A DNA stretch of 54,839 nt from a virus (taxonomy: Duplodnaviria > Caudoviricetes): IMG/VR virus record IMGVR_UViG_3300009605_000029, positions 1-54,839 of that record. One strand, written 5' to 3'. Position 1 is the stretch's first letter. Each line of letters opens with the position of its first letter. The translations under genes were made by a program, and so were the position numbers. The notes under the pieces were generated by a model, which had not been told where the DNA came from, made no database searches, and saw only the letters and a program-made list of their open reading frames with translations. Positions 7,923 to 18,200 of the stretch are shown in pieces.

Positions 7923-9127
7923 GTACGATTATCGCAACCAAGTATAGCGGGCCATGCCTCAAGTGTGGCGAGAAGATTAAGGCTGGCAGTCTTGTAAACT
8001 GGGATCGCGGTCATGGCATCTGGCACTTGGATGAAGACGATAACAAGAGATTGGGATCCTCTATGATTGATTCTAGATCGTTCAAATTCCAGATGGAAAA
8101 TAGTCGCTGTACCAATACCGATCAGAGAGAGGAGAAGATTATGGGTTCCAGTAATAATGATGATACGATAAACCTTAACGACCTGATAAAAGCTCTCCAG
8201 GGAATGACTGAAAAAGAGACTGAAGTTAAGGTCGCCAAGCCACCAAAGAAAGAAAAAAAACAATCACCAATTCGTATAGGTGGTCCAACCAAATACTGGG
8301 AGAAGAAGCTCACTAATAAGCAGGTGTCGTTTTGTGAGCTTATGGCACTGGGATCCAGCAGCGCCGATGCTTACAGCAATTCTTATGATATTACAGACAC
8401 TGCGTTTTCTGGCAACGCTGCCCGCAGACTTCTAAAACAGAAAAAGATAAGAGATAAGATTGCGGAATTTAGAAATGATTTAGCAGGCGAAGATGTTAAA
8501 GGTAAAACAAATGATTTTGAAGAAGCCATTAGGTCGGAGGGTGGGAAAGGTGGTTGGGCATTCCGCCTTACGAAGTATCAAGAAGGATTCTGTCAAGCTA
8601 TGGCAAGTGGTTCCACCCGCATAGATGCATTCAACAATTCCGGCTTTGTTACCACTAACTGGACAGATGGGAGAATACGAAAAGAAGCATCCAGGTTAAT
8701 GACGCTTCCGAAAATAAAACTTCGGATTGCGGATCTTATGTCTGGCAATGCCCCTGATATTGAAACTGTCATAGCTGGAGAAAATAGCCACAGAACATCA
8801 CGATCTCCAAACAAATTACCTGACGCCAAGAGTCGGACGGCACAGTTAGTGAAAGAGAAGGTTGCTAGAGAGAGTAAGAGGGGCATGGAGGTTGAAGTTC
8901 CTTCTCAACAATCCGTGATCTCAGAAAAGCAATCTGTTGTCAACGATGAATTTGTTAATAATTTCGTAGAACTCATCAAGGCCCATGGTAGACTTTTTCA
9001 CCTTGCGGTAGTAACCCGTGGACAGAAAGAGGTTGGGATATCTGGAGCCGATCCCGAGAAAGTAGAAGAAGCGGTTAATAGATCAATCGAAGTCTTGAGA
9101 GAAACCCTTAATGAAAAACTTTCATAA
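7919..9127 (+). CDS. Protein with N-terminal CxxC module and two terminase-small-subunit-like helix-turn-helix repeats
   Basis: LTNKQVSFCELMALGSSSADAYSNSY...ARRLLKQKKIRDKIAEF and LTKYQEGFCQAMASGSTRIDAFNNSGF...ASRLMTLPKIKLRIADL. GTG 7919 overlaps the previous stop; a second in-frame RBS and ATG lie at 8140. Confidence 0.65.
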   Translation: MSTIIATKYSGPCLKCGEKIKAGSLVNWDRGHGIWHLDEDDNKRLGSSMIDSRSFKFQMENSRCTNTDQREEKIMGSSNNDDTINLNDLIKALQGMTEKETEVKVAKPPKKEKKQSPIRIGGPTKYWEKKLTNKQVSFCELMALGSSSADAYSNSYDITDTAFSGNAARRLLKQKKIRDKIAEFRNDLAGEDVKGKTNDFEEAIRSEGGKGGWAFRLTKYQEGFCQAMASGSTRIDAFNNSGFVTTNWTDGRIRKEASRLMTLPKIKLRIADLMSGNAPDIETVIAGENSHRTSRSPNKLPDAKSRTAQLVKEKVARESKRGMEVEVPSQQSVISEKQSVVNDEFVNNFVELIKAHGRLFHLAVVTRGQKEVGISGADPEKVEEAVNRSIEVLRETLNEKLS

Positions 9128-9138
9128 GGAGGAGGAAG

Positions 9139-9414
9139 ATGGGGGGAGAGGTTGAGGTTACCATGGACAGCGAGGGGCGGTCTTCTTCACGCTCTTACGA
9201 AACGATGAAGGAAAGGAATCAGAGTGTTTTGATGTTCAAGGATGAGGACTTGGCTGTCTTATGGGAGGAAAGCACCCTGAAGGGGCTCCATAAAAACCTT
9301 GAGGAAGTTATCGAACATGATAAGACGTTAGTGTGGCCGGAAATCTACGGCTTTCTGTTGGCTGACATAGCTATGAGCCTAAGAAAGGTGACCGACCTAT
9401 TCGACACGCTATAA
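9139..9414 (+). CDS. Hypothetical protein
   Basis: Strong AAGGAGG RBS. Confidence 0.6.
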   Translation: MGGEVEVTMDSEGRSSSRSYETMKERNQSVLMFKDEDLAVLWEESTLKGLHKNLEEVIEHDKTLVWPEIYGFLLADIAMSLRKVTDLFDTL

Positions 9415-9557
9415 TGAGAAAGGGCAGCCTTTGGGGGATGGTAGTGTTATTGGGTGCGTGCCTGACAATCAGTGTGAGGTATGGTATCCACTATGGATGG
9501 TTAGCTGGACACACCCACTGGCTGAGTGAACGGAAACAAACACATCTAAAAAATTAA
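9414..9557 (+). CDS. Small putative lipoprotein or membrane peptide (47 aa; not in ORF track)
   Basis: Hand translation MRKGSLWGMVVLLGACLTISVRYGIHYGWLAGHTHWLSERKQTHLKN; TAATG coupling to the previous gene; lipobox-like LGAC. Confidence 0.45.
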   Translation: MRKGSLWGMVVLLGACLTISVRYGIHYGWLAGHTHWLSERKQTHLKN

Positions 9558-10189
9558 TTCAGTAGAATTACGGCTCCGGCACCGACCAGGATATAGGGAA
9601 TACTCCCACCTAATCTTCTAAAGATGCTGGGATTAGCCGCTCTCTGCCAAGCGTCAGACTCTTGGTTGAGGGCGGCTATCTCATTTCTGAGAGATGCGTT
9701 TAGGTTCTGCTCTTGGGTCCACAGAGAATCCGACACCTCCACCCGTCGCCATAACAAAAGATTATCTGCCTCAAGCGTTTCGATCTGAACCTCATACGCT
9801 TGGACCTGGGTTTCGTGATCCGCTTGTATCCTATCAATAATTTCTCCCAAACCACTGTCAGGCTGAACAGCATTGATGCTATCCCTGAGCATCCCCAAAT
9901 CCGTGGCGAAGCTTATGGAGGCGCGGGAGGCCCTTGCAACAGCCTCTTCTCGTACCTCAGCGATAGAATCATGGGCTTGATCCAAGCTATCGCGTAGGAT
10001 CTCATAGCCTTCGGCGGCCTCTTCCATCTGGCGCTCAAGTTCTATGCGTTCTTCCTCTAGTATCCGTACTCGTTCTTCTGCTACCAGGGCATCAGCCCTA
10101 GCATTATTGAAGCCCCTGAGACCAAAAATCAGTATGAGAAGAACACCTCCCAGTACAACAATCTCTTTCGGTTTCAAGTTCAAGCTCAT
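9554..10189 (-). CDS. Membrane-anchored coiled-coil protein, spanin (Rz)-like
   Basis: N-terminal TM, long heptad-rich middle, C-terminal hydrophobic segment; last gene of the late operon, near holin and endolysin. Confidence 0.5.
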   Translation of the reverse strand: MSLNLKPKEIVVLGGVLLILIFGLRGFNNARADALVAEERVRILEEERIELERQMEEAAEGYEILRDSLDQAHDSIAEVREEAVARASRASISFATDLGMLRDSINAVQPDSGLGEIIDRIQADHETQVQAYEVQIETLEADNLLLWRRVEVSDSLWTQEQNLNASLRNEIAALNQESDAWQRAANPSIFRRLGGSIPYILVGAGAVILLN

Positions 10190-10419
10190 TTTACTGGTTC
10201 GATTATTGATTCTATGTCCAAGGTCTTTTCAAAATGCAGTAGAATCCTTTCGGCATCTTTTTGAATCGCATCTGCAGATGAAAACTTATTATTCAATGCA
10301 TGACGCTGGGCACGCAGGAGAAGCTGGCCGTACATCTTGAGTTTATCAGATGGAGTCATGCCATCCAAGCGGCTATCTATCATAGAAATATTTTTCATAA
10401 GAGATATCAGGCCGCACAC
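10186..10419 (-). CDS. Hypothetical protein
   Basis: ORF with ATGA overlap to the next gene; start uncertain (possibly 10359). Confidence 0.5.
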   Translation of the reverse strand: MCGLISLMKNISMIDSRLDGMTPSDKLKMYGQLLLRAQRHALNNKFSSADAIQKDAERILLHFEKTLDIESIIEPVK

Positions 10420-10457
10420 CTCGACGACGTTGTAAAATAATTCTTAGGCACAGGTTT

Positions 10458-11486
10458 TTACTGGCGATTCCTCTGGCGCAGGGGATGGCTCTCATATACT
10501 GGATGTTCCAACAACCGTTCTACTAACTCTTTCATCTCTGGACTATCAACCCTACCAATGGCCTCACTTCTACGTTCGGGATCTAATGAGTCCTGTAGTA
10601 TTTCAACAGCCTTCCCAAACTGTGTAGCGAACTTCTCTGGTTTATATAGGCCCGCTATCTTGGCTTCTAGTGCCCTCAGAGCCCTCTGCCACCGTGGTGG
10701 CTCACGCCCACCCTCCTCATCCCCACCCATATAGTGCCAAGGATACATTGGGGCACTACTTTCTTCCTGCATTCTTTCCAATGATTCCGGCACAATATTT
10801 CTTAAATGCGCCAGATGGCCGAACTCATGCATACTTGTAAATCTTTCAGCAGGCGACCATTCTTCCGTCATGGGTCTTCCGCTTGGATCTATCTCAAAGC
10901 CTGTTCCTGCTTCCCTTGAACCCCTATCGCCAGCACCAACTAGAAATAAGCTTTCTGTACCATGGTGTGGAGAATAGGGCCTATCACTAGGTTGGTTTTC
11001 AGCACTAAATGGTGAGCCAGACCATCTTGATGGAGAATCATATTTCAGCGAAGATGGAGGTTGACCACGCATATACTCCTCCCACCGCGCTGAAAGAGGT
11101 AGATCATGTAAATAGCTAGTATCGGCAGGAAAAAGAAGCTCCGAAGTTGAAAGACTTGTTGATGGCCAGATGGCGAGACCGCCCGGATAAGTTTGAGAGC
11201 CAGAGATTTTTTCACCTATCCACCCTGCTGCGGTAGGATGTTCTATAGATCTATGAACTGCCACATCACCACCAACCAAGGCATTAAGGCTATCCAGCAA
11301 ATTTTCCATTCTATCTTCATTGATATTGATATCTTGATAATATTTTGAAAGATCAGGATCTGGTGATTCGGGAGCGCCCCTTCGTTCTGTCATTAGCTGC
11401 CACAGCCGCCGTCTTCTTTCTTCCTGATCTGGATCAGATGAGCCACCCGTCTGATACCGGGGCAATGATCTTATGCCGTTACTCAT
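10458..11486 (-). CDS. Putative zincin metallopeptidase with N-terminal YQxGG motif
   Basis: TSMHEFGHLAH (HExxH) and downstream EKFATQF; N-terminus MSNGIRSLPRYQTGG. Confidence 0.6.
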   Translation of the reverse strand: MSNGIRSLPRYQTGGSSDPDQEERRRRLWQLMTERRGAPESPDPDLSKYYQDININEDRMENLLDSLNALVGGDVAVHRSIEHPTAAGWIGEKISGSQTYPGGLAIWPSTSLSTSELLFPADTSYLHDLPLSARWEEYMRGQPPSSLKYDSPSRWSGSPFSAENQPSDRPYSPHHGTESLFLVGAGDRGSREAGTGFEIDPSGRPMTEEWSPAERFTSMHEFGHLAHLRNIVPESLERMQEESSAPMYPWHYMGGDEEGGREPPRWQRALRALEAKIAGLYKPEKFATQFGKAVEILQDSLDPERRSEAIGRVDSPEMKELVERLLEHPVYESHPLRQRNRQ

Positions 11487-11946
11487 TACTGCCCCACCGT
11501 GCAGGAGATGGGCGATTGATCATCCCACGAATATCCACATGGGTAAATGATTTGTAACGGCCTATGCCAAAAAGCTTGGCATCTGGATGACGTTCAAGCA
11601 TATCCGCTACTTCAGATGGAATAGATCCCATCTTAGTGACATCAGCGGCTCCGCAGGTCATATGCATCGAATTAGCAACACCACCTATGGCTGCATTGTA
11701 GCGTGGATCTCGGTACCAACTGTTGACCAGTACACTTGATGTGCCGTTCTTCGCACGAAGCCACTCAAGAACGTCGATCAGCTTATAGGCGTTCTCTAAT
11801 AACTCTAAGGGTGGTGCGGTCAGTACAACATCATCGCTTCTACGCCCAACGTCGCATATCTCCAGCGCAGAGAAGTTTCCAGATATGTTGGCATACAAAT
11901 CCGCTAGACCTTTGCCGCAGATTTCTACCCACTCACCCTTCGTCAT
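11479..11946 (-). CDS. Endolysin, peptidase M15A family
   Basis: SWYRDPRYNAAIGGVANSMHMTCGAADV...GIGRYKSFTHVDIR (R, SxH, AAD and HxD motifs). Confidence 0.88.
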   Translation of the reverse strand: MTKGEWVEICGKGLADLYANISGNFSALEICDVGRRSDDVVLTAPPLELLENAYKLIDVLEWLRAKNGTSSVLVNSWYRDPRYNAAIGGVANSMHMTCGAADVTKMGSIPSEVADMLERHPDAKLFGIGRYKSFTHVDIRGMINRPSPARWGSNE

Positions 11947-12265
11947 GCTCTTTGAAATCCGGGGAATTGTCCAGTAGCTTGGGACGCCTGGGACTTTTCA
12001 CCGCTTGAGCTATGCCAGATGCCACGGCCCCTATCTGTGGCCCAAAGTATTGAGCGATTCTGGGGCCAGCGGTCCATCCAAGCAATCCGGTAAAAATCGT
12101 GCCCAAAAGCGCATAGGCGGCGTTCGGCACAGTTGCCCAAAGCAGGGAATCGACCACAATGATAACGGCGGTAAACACAAGAGATACGAACAGAAATGTG
12201 CGGGCAGCACTAAGGGAGCCGCGTTCATCCTTAAGTATTTCGCTAATGGTATTCATACGAATCAT
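11933..12265 (-). CDS. Putative holin
   Basis: Two hydrophobic helices and a charged C-terminus; immediately upstream of the endolysin. Confidence 0.65.
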   Translation of the reverse strand: MIRMNTISEILKDERGSLSAARTFLFVSLVFTAVIIVVDSLLWATVPNAAYALLGTIFTGLLGWTAGPRIAQYFGPQIGAVASGIAQAVKSPRRPKLLDNSPDFKEHDEG

Positions 12266-15200
12266 CCCTGCTTTATAGAAGTCATAAGAGTATCGACACC
12301 TGTCAAAATACTTTGACGACTTTCAAGAAGTCTCTGATAATACTCTCGTTTTTCGTCATCAGACATTGATCCGCGAGGTAGTTTTCCTAAAAGGTCCCTT
12401 CTTTCACGCCACTTTCTCATCTGGTTCTGAATATATCTCAACTGTCTTTGATGCCTCAATATGTTCAAGTGCTTTTCTCTATACTCAAAACCCTTTTTGC
12501 GATCTCTTTCAGTAATACTATTTAGTGTAGCGACAGTAGTATCAAGTTCTTCTATCATTTCAAAAAATTCTTGCTGACGGCCTCCGCGTGTCCTGGGATC
12601 AGTTAACAGATCACCAAGAATGGGAACGTTAACGACACCTTCGCCGCCGATCAAAGACTTGAAATCAAAATCTTTGGTGGTGCCGATCACGCTCTCTGCT
12701 TCTGCCAGATTCATATATGGATCATATGGTAGATCCGGCAACCATCCAGTACGAGCTACCCTGTCTGCGACCGTTACGACATAGCCTCCCATTGTGCCGA
12801 CATACTGACGCATCATGTATTCGACCTTCATGGGAGATGTTAGAAAGTCTAGGTTTTTAACCAATGGTATGCTGTTGGCAAAATCGGCTATGCCCCGAGC
12901 AACATTACTCGTATACATATTACGTTGCTCATTGGGAGATAAAGTTTCTTCCATCCATGAATCAACTATGGCGTCCTTTCTAAACGTATCGTAATTACGC
13001 ATCGCATTAACTACTGGGGAAAACAGTTGTGGTCCCCCTATGCTTAGTGAGGTGCGTAATTGTCGCCAAGTTTCTTCCCCCACATCTACTGCACCTACGT
13101 CCTTTTCTACAATCGCTTCAAGTATCTTCTCTGGAATAACCTTAAAGAGAACGCCGACCTCAAATGGTATGGGAATTTTTAGCCATGCATGATCCGACAT
13201 GGGAAGCACCCAGTTATCGGCCTTAACCTCATCTCTCAAATCCTGCCATTCGTCATCATCTCGCATCAAGAAGTAAAGAACGCTGGTTGCGGCGGTTAAT
13301 AGAAGGCCACGACCCAGGACCATTCCTCTACTCTTTTGCCACATGGGAAGACCTTCGTACTTATCAGCAGTTAATCCGTATCCAAAAACTCCTGGAATAT
13401 CAGAAGAACCCTTTTTGCCACGGAGGCCCCGGTAAGTAACATCCATGCCCTGTAGCCTGCCATTCATAAACGGCACGGTAGCCATATACGTACTGAGCGT
13501 CGGACTCGCACCCCTACGACCATAGTTCATAATTTCTATGGCATAGTATTGTGCAAGCGACTTGTCCCCTGTCATAGCTAGTACGCGGTCATATACGGCA
13601 AGTCTGGTCGCAACTTCAGATTGTTTGGCTATACGTCCCGTCAAATTCCAAGCTGCTGCAAGAGGAGTAAATGGCTTTTTCCAATCCAGATTAGCCTTGT
13701 CAAGTTCCCTTTGCATGACTTTGCCATATTGACCGGGCTCTGCAACAAAGTCGATCCCTATTGATAGTCCCGCCTCGTCCGCCCTACGCAGTATATCTGT
13801 ATCTAAAGCATTTCTAAACGCCTCAAGAACAAGCTCTGGTCCCCCGCCAGTAAGGGTCATCGCATTCCAAGAATCTCTGAAAACATTCTTTATGGCGAAG
13901 GGCGGCGTCCTTGTAACAGCATCTCTCAACAGCGAAGAGGATCCCGTAAGGGCTTTCTGCGTTAGTTCACCGAGCTTGCGTCCTCCAAATAATTCTTGCA
14001 ACTGCTTTTTCGGGTTGAATCCCAGCATCATTGTGGACATAGCAAGCTGGACATCATCAAACTCATAAAAAACCGGGATGCCCTCTTCCATAACCCGTAC
14101 AACACGATTATCAAGAGAGCCTGCCATGCTACTAATATTTATTTTTCTTGCATCTCCCAGAGCTACGGCATCCCTGACCGTTCGTGATACCGATGCATTC
14201 ATCATAGCATCGCGAACTAATGCTTGTGTGTTTCTTATAACTCCATCTGCCAAATCTGATGATATCGGATCCATGCTACCTGTCAGGGCTTTCTCTACCA
14301 GATTGACTCCACGCTTTCTTATCTCTTCTCGTGAACCTACCGGAAAATCTTCATCTGTCGCTACGTCGCGATAAAACGGCGCATACGGCATAGACAACCA
14401 CTCGTCACGCATCTCTCTGGTGATCATGCCAGTGTTATAAGACATCTTGATCATGTGATTGTCGTATGCGTTATAACGATCCCAAAACTCTACAATAAAT
14501 TGGTTGCTTTCATTCGTTTCTACTTCTCTGATAATTTCGTTTAATTTATCTTCGCTAAATTTATTTTGTCGGCCTCTCTCCCGAGTTGTCCGTTCGGGAT
14601 TAATGGCATCGTAGGCTTGCTCGAATCTTTCCAACTTGAGCCTAACCGCAGGGTCGAGATCTTCTCTTCTCACATCTTCAGATAACGACCTGAGACTATC
14701 ACGGCGATCCTTCGTCCATAGTATTCTCTTGGCCATGCCATAAAGAAATGCAGTTTCTGTATCCTTAGAATCTATGATCGGAGCAAATATCTCATTGAGT
14801 CCCTGGATACGACCGTCACCCCCATATGTTTCTTGTAACTCATCGTCATAGACGGGTGCGTTCTCAAACCTTCCAGATCCAACCGATGTGCCGAGATAGG
14901 ACAATGGTCCCCTAAGCATCAATCCTGGCAGCCAATTCAGTGCATTGTCAGAATTACGCCACATAACCAAGGCTGACGTTTCAGCATCTAATTGCGCCCT
15001 ATTCTGTGCGGCCAGAAGCTTATCGGTCTGCTTTACAACCCACTGGCGACGATCTAAATAGAGATAGCGCAACTCCTCAGTTGTTTTCTCCAAGTTACTT
15101 TCCGTAGCCTCAACAGTATCTCCAGTAAGATCATCTGGATCTAACGCACCATCCTTATCAAAACTTTTTCTTGTAGCGTCCCCATCTACTGATGACATGA

Positions 15201-18200
15201 GGCCACTTTCTATGGCATCATGAGCAAGACTTAGCGCCCCGGAACTAGATTTGCTCTTATTATTGAACAACGTTTGATATTGAGCGGGCATCTTATAGGC
15301 ATAGTCGGGATGCTTGCCACGCATCTCCATGAACGTATCCAGGGCCAGCTTATATTCCTCGGAATTTTTCTTATTCTGGTCCAAGCCTATTAGTGCTACA
15401 GATCCCGTGTGCGTATCACGCATACTCTGAACGAGCTTACGCTGATTCTCAATGGCCTCCACCGTATTGGGAATTGGTCCCGCAGACTCCCGAATAATTC
15501 CACGATTGGCAATTATTTTATCAGCAATATCATCTACTTTCGCCTGCTCACTTATCCTCATCTGATCAGATGGCGCAGCATCACGCAGGACAATGGCTGT
15601 TCTTAATTGTTCTATATCCTCAGGGTTTGCGTAACGCAGCAAGTCATTGGATCTAACTATAGAATCAACCGTATATTCTTTGTCACCCAAGAATCCAGCC
15701 CCACGGTCGCCAACCTCACCGCGTTCTATTCGTCCAAGTATCTTCATGACATCAACGATGTCAGCATCCTTGGCCGCATCAACGAACCCCTCAAGAAACC
15801 CCCGAATACCCTTGCCAATTTTGCGGGTCTTCTTTCCCTCTATATATGCATCGGGATGTCGTACCATATTTTGCAGCAGAGAAATAACAGCTTCTTTTTC
15901 AATATCTGCTTCGGCCAAGTCTACTTTCTTATCAGCAGATTCTACAACAGCACGTTCAAACCATGTTAATTTCGCATTATATGCTTCCTCATCTATCTCT
16001 TTTGGTACTATGTTATTTTCGTTTCTAACAAAATTATATAGTACCTCTAATTCTTCTTCGGTTAAATGATCTCGAATTATCAGCGCGTGCAGCCCCTCAT
16101 GAAAGGCCGCATCTCTTACAACCTCTTGTGCGCTTTCCATGTTATTAGGGTCAATTGCGGCAAGATTGATAATGATTCTATTGCCGGGACGATCATATAT
16201 GGCGGGAAGATCTGCGCTCATTTCCTCGCCTCGTACTGCTACATCACCTAAAAATTGAAACAAGCCATTAGCGTCATCTACATACATGCGCTGTATGTTG
16301 TCAGGAAGTCTCATCTTCTTGACAAGATCTTCCACATTTCTGTCTAGTATCTCAAATCGGGTTTCTATCGTATCGACATATCGCCTTCTGAGAGCATGAA
16401 TATTATCCTGCAAAGAAGAAGGAATTGCACCAGTTTTCATTAGAGCTTGTACCAAGCTCCTGCCCCCGGCAGTTCCTAATTGAAGTATGCTCTCCGTGGG
16501 TGCCATCCTATCGGGCCTTGCAATCGTACCTTGGATGGTATCCAGAATTCCTAGATCACTAAGCTCTTGTAATGGAGCAGATGTCGATGTAAGAAGCGCA
16601 GTGTATTTTTCTATAAATTCTTTTTTATTTAATGGTTTACCTGGATTTTTTTCATTATAACGAACCAACAAATCGTCAACCTGACTAGTCCACGGAGTGT
16701 TCTTCTCCGCCAACTTACTGCGAACAAGCTCAGGATCTGATTCTATAACCCAGGATTCTTTATCCTGCACCCTTGTATCTCCAGGCTGCGTTACTCCTTC
16801 CATCGTTAGATCCAATGGTTTGTAACTCACATTGAAACGCACCCTGGATTCACTAACCGCAGTTGGCAGCCTTTCACTTTCCTTTCTTCTTTCTTCTATC
16901 TTTTGTTCTTCATATAGAGGCTCGACCTGACTCCTCATGTAGCGATCAACTTCAGTCAGGGCCATATTATTAATTTGGTTTTCATATGCACCGCGAGATT
17001 CACTCACTCCCCTTTCTTTTTTTGTTTTATTGTATACATCTTCAATAGCTTTTCTACCCGCTGCATTTATTTGTCTAGTTCCTACGCCAGCAAATCGTGA
17101 TGTTTCAATTGTGGGAGTTGAAATCCTTGTCCAGTTACCTTTATCGACGGTGTACCATTGCCCCTTATTTTGATCAAAAAAGAATACCTGCTTATTGTTG
17201 TCAATGGCCATCTGCACACCCCAGCCAGTACCGCCTTCGACTGCTCCCGGCCTTTTTTTATCCCATGTACCGATGGCAAAAATTTGATCGGCATATTTTA
17301 CCTGCAACCAATTTCTTCTCAATAAATCAGCGACATATCCAGTGCCACCACTAAACTCTTTACCCAACGCAGTCGCTGCTTTTCTTAAATGAACATCAGC
17401 TTCAGCAAGTAGTTCATCAGAAACCTCGGTGTTCATACTCGGAAGTGTACTTTTCCTGTGCTGGGGAGCATGAAGATGTTTAATATTATCTGATAATAAT
17501 CCGTATCCTAATCCAATTTTTCCCCATAACGTATCCGATCCTTTTGCTCCCCCAGACAACATTGTTATCCCAGCTGCCACGCCTTCCCAATCAGGAGGGA
17601 TACTCACGCCAGCTTCTTGCGCTGGGAATCGTTCGTGGGCTATTTCGTGAGCCAAGACGAACAACATCACTTCATCTGTATCCAAGAAATCTCTATCAAT
17701 ATCACTGACATGCCTTAGATATTTTTCTACATTTGCGTTTTCCGCTTTTACTGAAAAACCTTTCCCTTCTTTTGCTCGTTTAGCTAACTCCTGTACCTTA
17801 CCATAGCTGATAATAATTCTATTCGGATCCTTCAGATGTCTTGCGGAGGTCACGCGACCTGCATCGTTGATCAGCCGTGGGTCATCAGCTTTTACAAACT
17901 CAACATCAACGCCCCCAGAAATTTCTGGAAAAATATTTTCTATTACTGGTGCCCACTTAGCGCCCAACCGTTGCTCTTCTGTTAACTCGGGAGAAAGCTG
18001 ACTATCCGGCACGGTTCCCCATGGAAATTGTGTAACTCCATAGTTATTTAATAAGTTGTTCCAGGTATCTGTTGCAAAACCTCCCACACCTAACTCTATC
18101 TGACTTTCGTCTACCGGACGTTGGGCTTCCCATGTATCTGGAGATAGGATTACGTCAGGAGCGGCTGAGTCCGTGGGGTTGAAAACTCCAGTTTCTATTA

